Part shown: piece by piece, positions 13,421 through 24,207 of the stretch
Layout: every line of letters begins with the position of its first letter
Numbering within the stretch: the stretch's first letter is position 1
Assembly: GCF_009914755.1 (NCBI RefSeq)
Contig: NC_060946.1
From: the human T2T-CHM13v2.0 reference genome, Homo sapiens
Reading direction: 5' to 3' (one strand)
DNA length: 64,000 bases
Translations under genes and position numbers: made by a program
The notes under the pieces: model-generated
Databases searched by the model: none
Seen by the model: the letters and a program-made list of their open reading frames with translations, nothing else
Told to the model about the DNA's origin: nothing

Positions 13421-14705
13421 GCCCCCACCTATTTCCCTGGGAAAGACACTGCTCTCCTACCCCAGCCATTCCCTCCCGTGCCTTCCATGGCCATCACCTC
13501 AAGGGAGCTTTGGGTTGGCTTCCTTCCCAGATTCAAAAGCCCATTGGGTCACTGTGGTCAGTTCTATTTCTCCTAAACTGTCCTGTGTGATCAGGAGTGG
13601 AAGTGGTGTTACCCAACTGGGTAAGCAAGAAGTCTTCCTCAAAGTCTTGTAGCAGAATCTCAGTCACCCTTTATACATAGAGTTCTGAATCCTACAATCG
13701 TCCTGATTGTTACAGTTCCAGCAACAAAGCACTCAGAGGCAGGGACCCCATGATTGGAAACCCGCGTGTGCATCGCCCTCAGCATCTCTTCAGGCCTGAG
13801 CCCACAGTGGCTTTATCTGCAGTGCCAACACTCTGACATTTGGCAACTTTTTTACTTTTTTAAAAAATAAATTATAACTTTGGTGAGGGGAGGGAATGGG
13901 GTCGTTTCTCTTAGAGAGAGGACAAATAGATTTTATTTATTAAAGGAAAGGTTGATGGACTCCAGTCTCTCTCCTTTGAATGATGCCATTTATTTTACAG
14001 TCTATAATTTGGTCCCACTGTGAGCCTCCTACTTTTCAGAGGCAAAGTGTTTTTGGCGCTGCTGCCACAAACTCCCTCTGCATAAAAACCACGTCTGGTG
14101 TAGTCCCAGAATAGAAACCGTCTGTCCTCTTGTGTATAGTCTTGGTTTTAAGTTGATTTCATGTGAATCTTTCCCTTTTGGGGGAAAAAGATTTTACCTA
14201 CACCGTCACCCCATGAAACAATCAGGGATGTCATGGGGTATCCCGTGGAGACACATATTTGGGTCTTGACTCTCAGAAGCCCCACTTGGTGGGACTGTCC
14301 TCTAGGCTTGGCCCCAAATAAACAAACAGCCCACTGCATGTCCCCTTCCGGTCTTGAAGAAGCAAACTACTTATTTCACAGTAAGCTCTGGGATGATAGG
14401 TCCTATCATGTCAGATATGATGCCTCATAAATCTAATTCATCCGTCCTAGCTGCAGTTTTAATCTACTCAAATGTACTTAGCTGGGTTTAATTATAGATA
14501 GAAATTGCATTCGGAAAGCAACAAGAAATCATTTACATGGCTTGAATTTGCACATTAAATCATATGGTTCATTTGAGAGTGCGGTAGGGATGGTATTTCC
14601 AAAGAAAAATAATATTAGTGCCTGTGCTTAGGGGCTCTCACACCGATTGCACAAATTGTATGAATTGCACAATTTCTACAGACTGCATTTTTCTTCTTGG
14701 CACAG

Positions 14706-15939
14706 GATAAACGAAGAGGCTGGGGACACTGAGAGGACCCAGTCGGCATTGGCACTGAGCAGAGCCCGGTCCACCAATGTCCACAGCAAGACCTCAGGAG
14801 ACAAGCCTGTTTCTCCCCACTTTGTCCGCCGGCAAAAGTACTGTCATTTTGGGGACGGCGAAGTGCTTGCCGTCCAGAGAAAGTCCACAGAGAGATTAGA
14901 ACCTGCTTCCTCTCCCCTGGCTTCTCGGAGTACAAATACATCCCCGCTGTCGAGGGAAAAGCTGCCCAGTCCTTCAGCGGCCCTCTCGGAGTTCGTGGAA
15001 GGGCTCCGGAGGAAGAGAGCCCAGAGAGGCCAGGGGTCCACGCTGGGCCTAGAGGACTGGCCCACTCTCCCCATTTACCAGACGACTGGGGCCTCCACAC
15101 TAAGGAGGGGCAGGGCTGGCAGTGACGAGGGAAACCTCTCGCTGAGGGTTGGGGCAAAGTCACCCCTGGAAATCGAAGGGGCCGCTGGTGGTCTCTTGAG
15201 GTCCACCAGCCTCAAATGCATCTCTTCAGACGGTGTTGGGGGCACAACCCTACTCCCCGAAAAGTCGAAAACCCAATTCAGTTCCTGCGAGTCCCTCTTA
15301 GAATCCAGACCGAGCATGGGGAGAAAACTGAGCTCTCCGACCACACCCAGGGACATGCTGTTGTCGCCCACACTGCGTCCTCGGAGGCGGTGTCTGGAGT
15401 CCTCTGTGGACGATGCGGGCTGTCCAGACCTTGGAAAGGAGCCGCTTGTTTTCCAGAACCGCCAGTTTGCCCACCTGATGGAGGAACCTCTAGGCAGTGA
15501 CCCATTCAGCTGGAAACTCCCAAGCCTCGACTACGAACGCAAGACCAAAGTGGACTTCGATGACTTCCTCCCAGCTATCCGGAAGCCCCAGACACCTACC
15601 TCCTTGGCTGGATCAGCCAAAGGTGGGCAAGACGGTTCACAGCGTTCAAGCATCCACTTTGAAACGGAAGAGGCTAACCGTTCCTTTCTCTCGGGGATCA
15701 AGACCATTTTGAAGAAGAGCCCGGAGCCCAAGGAGGATCCCGCTCACCTGTCTGACTCGTCCTCATCCTCCGGCTCCATCGTGTCCTTCAAAAGTGCTGA
15801 CAGCATCAAAAGTCGACCAGGAATCCCACGACTTGCGGGTGACGGTGGCGAGCGAACGTCCCCCGAGCGGAGAGAGCCAGGGACGGGGAGGAAAGACGAC
15901 GATGTTGCGAGCATAATGAAGAAATACCTCCAGAAGTAG
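14706..15939 (+). CDS. MYO18B: Last coding exon of unconventional myosin-XVIIIb (C-terminal tail extension, ~410 aa); partial CDS, upstream exons lie outside the window
   Basis: Longest ORF in the window, GC- and CpG-rich. Acceptor is ttttcttcttggcacag|G at 14705/14706 (phase 2, completing an Arg codon). The translation INEEAGDTERTQSAL...KDDDVASIMKKYLQK* matches the human MYO18B C-terminus as I remember it. TAG is at 15937-15939. ORF-track bases 14647-14705 are intronic. Confidence 0.96.
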
Positions 15940-16222
15940 GAACCAGTTCAGGTAAAAGCAACAGGCTGGGGCTATTCTTGGGGGAATGAGAGTTCACCTT
16001 GCAGCCTTGGGGAGAGCAGGTGCCACTACTGTCCTTAATGCCACAACCGATTTCTCTAGAGACCAAGATTTTTAGAGGTTTTAGCTGAAGTCATGTGTTG
16101 ATGGATGCAAAGCTTTTCAGAACCCCTCTGCTGGGTACCTCTACTTCCTTGTACTTTGAAATGCAGACACATCAGAAAGTAAGAGGTTCCTGTGGGATAC
16201 CGCTAAAGAAGGTGCCAGATGT

Positions 16223-16528
16223 AGCCGGGCGCGGTGGCTCACGCCTGTAATCCCAGCACTTTGGGAGGCCAAGGCGGGTGGATCACCTAAGGTCAGGAGT
16301 TTGAGACCAGACTGGCCAACAGGGTGAAACCTCGTCTCTACTAAAAATACAAAAAATTAGCCAGGTGTCTTGACGGGCGCCTGTAATCCCAGCTACTCAG
16401 GAGGCTGAGGCAGGACAATCGCTTGAACCAGGGAGGCAGAGGTTGCAGTGAGCTGAGGGTGCCACCACTGCACTCCAGCCTGGGAAACAAGAGCAAAACT
16501 CTGTCTCAGGGAAAAAAAAAAAAAAAAG
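16223..16528 (+). mobile_element. AluSx-like
   Basis: Full Alu; clear TSD aaggtgccagatgt on both sides. Confidence 0.95.
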
Positions 16529-16873
16529 GTGCCAGATGTTTAAAGTTACCTCACCCTACTGTCATTTTCTTTTCTTAATGTCATTCCACCTGGGTTTGAA
16601 GGAGCTGTGATGGCGTTCTGTCCACATAATGACAGAAGATCCGTGGTGGGATCACAGACATGCAAAGGGCCAAGTTGGAAGAGACCTTCAGAATAGTGGA
16701 GTCCACTTGCATTGCATATGGAGAGAAACTGAGGCCCTAGGTTCAGGGGGGAGGGAACAAGTACAAAAATCACAGAGCAACAATGCAGGATAAGTAACTA
16801 CTTGCTGCCCTTCCTCCCTCTCCTAGCACTCATCCTGCCACTCATCTGGAGTCAAGGTAAGAAGAGGAATTCA

Positions 16874-17189
<316 letters not shown>

Positions 17190-18271
17190 TTACATTTATT
17201 GAGAGGACACATCAGACAGTCATTTAGTACTCCTGATATCCCCAAGCAGTGGTGAATGTTATTTATTCCCATTTACCAGGTTGACAGACTGAGTATCAGA
17301 AAGATTAAAGTCACTTGTACAGAATCACCAGGGCATAATTGGGTTTCCAGCTCTAGAATCCCTACATTTATCTTTAAAAGTTTTCCCTAGGGACACATTC
17401 CAGGCATCTTCATGAGTGAAATTAGAGCTGTCTGATAGCGTATGAGCCTTCGTAAATCTCCCAGTCACTGAATCTCAGAACTTGCTGCAGCTCAAGGCTC
17501 TGATGGTCCAGCGACTGCACATGGCTCTCAGGGTGCACCTGCTGCCACCCCCAGGCCTCCTTGACCCAAATGAGGCACACGTCCTCTATTTCTTTGAGAG
17601 ACAGCCTCAGCCCATCAAAAAGCCATTGCCCCTTCCGTGGAGACAGGTTTGGACTCTATCAGAGCAAACTAATTTGACTTAACATGGCCTTCTCTCTGCT
17701 CTCAATTACCGAGTAAAGATCTGATATTCATTTACATTATTATGCTCTCGGGGACACAGAAAGCAGTTTCAAAGGCCAAGTAAAGGGCACACATCCATGA
17801 GGGGAACAGTCCTTAGCAGAAGTCATCACAGAACATCTTGTCTCTGCCATTCCGTTTTAAACTCAAGTCCTCCTTCCCTACCCTGAGCAAGGTTCTTCTC
17901 CAAGGATGCTAGTTTTTCAGCTATACAATGCAACACCTCCAACGATGCAAATGCATGGTGGGCTTTGGAACCAAACAAGACCCCCCAAAGCTCAGTTCTG
18001 CCCTGTAACTAGCCATTGGACCCTAGGCAAGTGATACAGTCTCACCAAGCCCCTGTGTCCTCAGTTGGAAAACAGGGGTAAGAATACCAACTACCTAAAG
18101 TAACGCTGTGGATTTCATGAGAATATGAGAGATTCCTGGAATAGAGCATGGCACCCCATGGATGCAGTAAATGCCAGGTTACTTTGGAATTTTTGGACCT
18201 TTGGGAAATCTATCCCAACTTTTTCTCCTTCTGCCACCTACACTCTGCCATCCCTTTCTGTGGAGTTGCTA

Positions 18272-18688
<417 letters not shown>

Positions 18689-18883
18689 CTATGTTTGCTT
18701 CCAGCCTCCTTGAAGCTGCCCTTGAAGACTTCCCGACTCTACAATAACTTGGAGACAGAGAGACTGGCCAGGCCTCCCCGGTGGCCAGAGCCAGCCAGCA
18801 TGGCCACCCTCAAGAGGCGAGATGAGCCCACAGAGGCATATCCTGCGGGGATGCTGGGCTCCCAGTGTGGTTGGCCTGAACAA

Positions 18884-18889
18884 AATAAA
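18884..18889 (+). terminator. Proximal polyadenylation signal AATAAA
   Basis: caaAATAAAgtgttg followed by GT/T-rich sequence (ctgtgccttctct). Confidence 0.65.
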
Positions 18890-19282
18890 GTGTTGACTCC
18901 TGGGCATCTGTGCCTTCTCTATGGCCTTGCTACCTGGGATTCCAGAGAGTTGATGGGGTGCAGATAGGGGTAGGACTGTTAGAATAGAACCAACCCAAAC
19001 TGTGTGTAGTTTGGGGTGTATACTTCTATTTCTCTTCCTACATGTCTACATGCCATGACCTTCCTCCTCCTCTTCACTTGGCCAGTTTCAGCTCACTTCC
19101 TCCAGGAAGTCTTTCCTGATATATCAAACTGAAACAAATGCTCCTCCTCCATGCTCCCTTAATCCCCATGCTTGTCGATTATATTCCTTTGCCAATTCAT
19201 TTCTCTATCCTGTGTATGTATAAGTGTGTACAAGCATTCAAGAAACTGATGAATGATGAATGAATGAATGAGCCAAAGAACA

Positions 19283-19288
19283 AATAAA
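19283..19288 (+). terminator. Distal polyadenylation signal AATAAA
   Basis: caAATAAAtgag with three upstream TGTA elements (19213, 19217, 19227). Confidence 0.65.
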
Positions 19289-19570
19289 TGAGCCCACACA
19301 CCCTGAACGCATGCGACACACTGATATATATGCATCCTACAAATGTGCACCCACATCAACATTCAAGAACCTTGAATTTATTCCCTTTTTACCAAGGCGA
19401 AGCTAGCATATGTGTGCCCACATTTAGGTAGCAAATGCTGCCTTTATTTAAATTCCCACTAGCATAGACTCCATATCCTACCCCAAATTTGTCTCCATCC
19501 CCAGGACCCCTCTGGTGTAGCCAATCATAGCTCCCACCCGTGGGAGGGAATTCCCATTTGGATCACAGTT

Positions 19571-19920
19571 GTGTTAGTGTTTGCTAGGGCTGCTGTGACA
19601 AAGTACCATAGCTGGAGGGTTGAAGTCCAGATTCAAGGTCAGCTGGGTAAATTCCTTCTGAGAGCTGTGAGGGCCTCTCTCCGTAGCTGGTAGATGGCTG
19701 TCTTCTCCCTGTGTCTCCTCAGTTCATCTTCTGTTCATGTCTGTATCCAGATTTCCCCATTTTATATTGGATAGGGTCTGCCCTAATGACCTTATTTTAA
19801 CTTGGTTACCCTGTAAATACCCTACCTTTAAATTAAGTCACTTTATGAAGTACTGCGGGTTAGAACTTCAACATTTTTTGAGTGGGGCTGGGGAAGTGGG
19901 CACACGATTCAACCCATAAT
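19571..19920 (-). mobile_element. MLT1B/C-like MaLR LTR
   Basis: tgtgttagtgtttgctagggctgctgtgacaaagtacca ... acgattcaacccataa. Confidence 0.8.
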
Positions 19921-20477
19921 AACTGGTAAGGTCACTCCAAAAAGAGGAGCTCTCATCTCTGATCATCCTCACTAGAGACTCTGGGTAGAAGTGAGGCAAG
20001 GGAGGAGGATGGGGCAGGAGGGAAATTCACTGGAGACCTCACCGTCTCTGGAGACCTTCCTGCCTCTCTGATGGAGCACGTTGGTGGAACAGTGGACCCT
20101 GTTGTCTCTGATGCAGACACAGTCTCCCACTTATTGAATCCACCATCCACCTCTTGCCATTCACAGGAGGGCTCTGGGTCACTGGAGAGTGCTGGGACAC
20201 ACGGGGAAAGGGGCCAGGACCTCTGCGGAGTCAGAAGCCCTGGCAAAGAGGAGGCACCACCCAAAAGCTCGCCAACACTTAGGTGTGGGGTGGGAATGGG
20301 AGAAGACCCAGGCTCTTGCACGAGGTTCTCCCAAAGCTTTCTGCAGTGAAATCCATCAAGTCATGGAGTCTTAGCCAAGTCACTTCCCTTGCTGGGTCTC
20401 AGTTTTCTCATCTCAGTAATGGGAACAACAGTTACTAAACTCTAATAAAACCTGGGAAAGGGAAAGTATAGCATACT

Positions 20478-21168
<691 letters not shown>

Positions 21169-21959
21169 CACAATGCAAAAGGAAGTGGTGATTTAATTAT
21201 TATTATCACTTAATCTATTAATTTATTATTCATACAGAATAATTTTCATACAGAATGAATATTATTATACAGAATAATTTACTATTCATACAGGATACAT
21301 ATGTCCCAAGCTCCCAGCTTGGTCCACAAACAGAGGTAATTCGGGAAGTCAGGAAGAGATTATCAATGCCGGAGGGAACAGACTCACATTGCCTTCCTGG
21401 CATTGATGTTTCCTGGGCATTTTAGAGCCTGGAACCTTTGAGTTTCCATGCACTTCTTCTCTTCATGTGCCAGTAATATTATTTATTCAGTCCGTATTTT
21501 CTGAGTACCTTCTAAGTGCCTGGCACCGTTCCCCACACCCAAGCTCTAGTGAGCAGGCAGAGTCACCCTGCCTTTCTTCAGGGAATATCTTAGCTGGGGA
21601 GACAGACAATAAGCAAGAAAATGAATATACTGTCAGGAGCAAGCTGTACTATGAAGAAAAATAAAGATGAAATTATCTTGTGAGTTCCGTGTTAAAAATT
21701 TATAATACGTTTATTTTATGAAGCACGTTTTTATAAAAGAAGAAATCAGTCATTATTCTTCAATGATGTGTAAGGGATGCATCCAAAAAGGTTAATTTCA
21801 AGTAATAACAGCAAAGTCTTCCTCATTATGCAGCAGTAAACAGAAATCCTGAAGATGCTCATTAAAAGTCAATTCAACATGCTACAAGTTGACAACCATC
21901 CCCATGCCTCTCAAATCCCCCAACCCAACACAGCCTGGAGCAGAAGGTACTTACTCAAC

Positions 21960-22427
21960 TTCATCCTCTTTCTTTTCTTTTCTTTCTTTCTCTTTTTCTC
22001 TCTTTCTCTCTCTCCCTCTTTTTCTCTCTGTATCTTTTTCTTTCTTTTTCTGTCTCTCCTTCCTTCCTTTCTTTTTCTCTTCCTCCCTTCCTTCTTTCTT
22101 TCTTTCCTTTCTTTTTCTCTTCCTCCCTTCCTTCTTTCTTTCTTTCCTTTCTTTTTCTCTTCCTCCCTTCCTTCCTTCTTTCCTTTCTTTCTTTCCTTCC
22201 TTCCTTCCTTCTTTCTTCTCTTTTTCTTTTTTTGGATGGGGTTTTGCTCTTGTCACCCAGGTTGGAGTGAAATGTGTGATCTTGGCTCTCTGCAACCTCT
22301 GCCTCCTGGGTTCAAGCAGGTCTCCTGCCTTAGCCTTCGTAGTAGCTGGGATTACAGGCGCCCGCCACCATGCTTGGCTAATTTTTGTATTTTTAGTAGA
22401 GACGAGGTTTCACCATGTAGGCCAGGC
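21960..22427 (-). mobile_element. Partial Alu (22233-22427) with a ~270-bp CT-rich microsatellite in the tail position
   Basis: (CTTT/CCTT)n from 21960 to 22232 directly abuts the antisense Alu right arm. Confidence 0.9.
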
Positions 22428-23859
22428 TTTGAGCCTCTTTCCTACAAGATGACTCCAGAAATTATGCAGTGGGCCCTGATGTCACATAGGCAGTGTGCTC
22501 ACCCTTAGCACCCGGCGTAGTAAGCGTCATCCAAGTCTGTGACACTACCACTTCTGCTACCTGGGATATCAACATGGCCTGGCCCCTGGCCTGGGCTTTG
22601 CCACTTAGCCCCAGGTCAAAGAGTCTCTCTCTGTGTGACCTCACAGATGTCACTGCTTTCTGACCTCTCCTTCACTCATTTGGAAAATAGGTCTAAACTA
22701 GTACCAGCTTCCCAGCATCCTTGTAAGGAATCAAGAGCTCATGAATCAGCCCATTGATTGGCAGATAGCCTGCAGTAAATGGTGGCATCATTGTTCTTTG
22801 GTCTCAGAACTGCTCCCTGATGCCTCTGTGGCTCCAACCATATGGCTGTGCCCTGCTATGGCGTCCCTGCTGATGTAACCAAAATTATTTCAAAGGTGAG
22901 GATGTTGGTGGTCATGAATCCATGTGGATTAAATGCTCTCCTGCAAATGTTTCCTCTTGCTTTTATACCCTGAGGCCATTTTTAACAGGGCGCCCATGTC
23001 TTGAAAGAACCCTAGACCATAAGGACTAGATGAAAGCCTCAAGGTAATTTTACAGGTGGGGAAAATGAGTCTCAGAGAAGAAAGTGAGTTTTCCAAAGGC
23101 ACTCAATAGCAAAGCTGAGTTTAGAACTCAACATTTATTCATTCAACAAATAGCACCTCATGTCCTGAGCACGGTTGCAGGCACTGTAGAAAAAGCTAAG
23201 AATGGGATAGGCAAAGGCCCTGTCTTCGTGAAGCTTATGGTTTACTGTGGGGGACGGGTAATATACTTGGAAATACATACATTGGCCATGTCCCTACCAC
23301 CTGATGTCCCACCAGTAGTCCAGAAGCTACAGGTCATCCTTCTGTGTCTGCATGATATTTTGCCAAACACCAGGGGTTTGGCCTAAGTCCAGTTGCTCAT
23401 ATCGCAGACCATGAGTATTGCCAGGGAAGAAAATCTTTATTATGGAAATGAACAATTATCAAAATACTAACTGCAGTAGCAAATAACAAGCCCAAGAGTG
23501 TCCAAACCAAAACAGTCAGGGTGCCTTCTACTCTCAAGCCAGTCAACTGGGCTTGTCCAAACTGCAACAAATGGAAATTTCTTTGGAATTCCCCCAGATT
23601 GAGAGGAGAGACTCCTGCTGTCAGGGACCCATAGAGAGCACTCACCTGTCTGGATGCAGATGTCAGATTTCAAAGCCTGTTCTTCCTAGGCAATCAGGAA
23701 TGCAATTGGGGCTGGCAGTGGTGATGCAGAAGAGAAGGAGACTGAAACCCATCTCTGGCCAAATATGCCTGGGAAGCTGCTAGGAGGGCTTCTGAAATGC
23801 TCCTGATCCATGGCCACTGAGCCGTAAGCAATGAATTCCTGATCGGAGAACCAGAATTT

Positions 23860-24207
23860 TGTTGGCAAACTCCAGGGGTTTGACCTAGGTCTGGCTGCTC
23901 ACCACACAGAAAGCCAATCATTGAGACAACAAATGTTGCTCCAGAAGAAAAGCTGTATTGGAGGTGACGTCAGCCTAACTGTCAAACCTCTCCCTCCTCA
24001 ACCAACTAAAGTTAGGGGTTTGTAAAGCAGGGAAGGAGAACAGGAGCAGCAAGAAAGAGGAGTTGGTCAACAGGCAGCAGGTGTGTCTCATTGTCTGGGT
24101 GCAGCAATCTGGAAAGCCTCAGCTTTCTGATACCATCCAGGAGGCTCAAAGGTCAATTTCCTGAGAAAGGAACTCAGATAAGCCAAATGTACGTTTCTCA
24201 AGTTTCA
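23860..24207 (-). mobile_element. ERV1 LTR, MER31-like
   Basis: tgttggcaaactccaggggtttgacctaggtctggctgctcaccacacagaaagccaatcattgagacaac ... ttcctgagaaaggaactcagataag ... gtttca (TG...CA ends). Confidence 0.7.

Larger units (their letters stand above)
18705..19310 (+). other. MYO18B: MYO18B non-coding terminal exon (3' UTR); 3' end approximate
   Basis: Follows a canonical acceptor and contains two AATAAA hexamers (18884, 19283). Confidence 0.75.

Noticed and set aside
14647-14705. N-terminal 'MHKLYELHNF...' of the 430-aa ORF as a standalone gene start
   Set aside because: It starts at TTG and runs through the polypyrimidine tract and AG acceptor, so it is intronic read-through of an internal exon.
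14615-15163. 182-aa antisense ORF and other ORFs overlapping the exon
   Set aside because: Shadow ORFs expected in GC-rich coding DNA, with no independent evidence of being genes.
14760-15910. CpG-island promoter
   Set aside because: CpG enrichment is confined to the coding exon and is explained by codon constraint; no promoter evidence.
18695-18967. 90-aa ORF in the terminal exon as a coding exon or microprotein
   Set aside because: Its TTG start lies in the intron's polypyrimidine tract, it is downstream of the real stop, and it spans the proximal AATAAA.
19953-20374. GC-richer block with overlapping 60-122-aa ORFs just after the gene
   Set aside because: No recognisable domain, no convincing splice or promoter signals, and lengths within chance expectation.
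21855-22508. 217/187/114-aa ORFs (F/L/S-rich or K/E/R-rich)
   Set aside because: Translations of a CT microsatellite plus Alu; the ORFs at 5336-5743 and 11192-11903 have the same origin.
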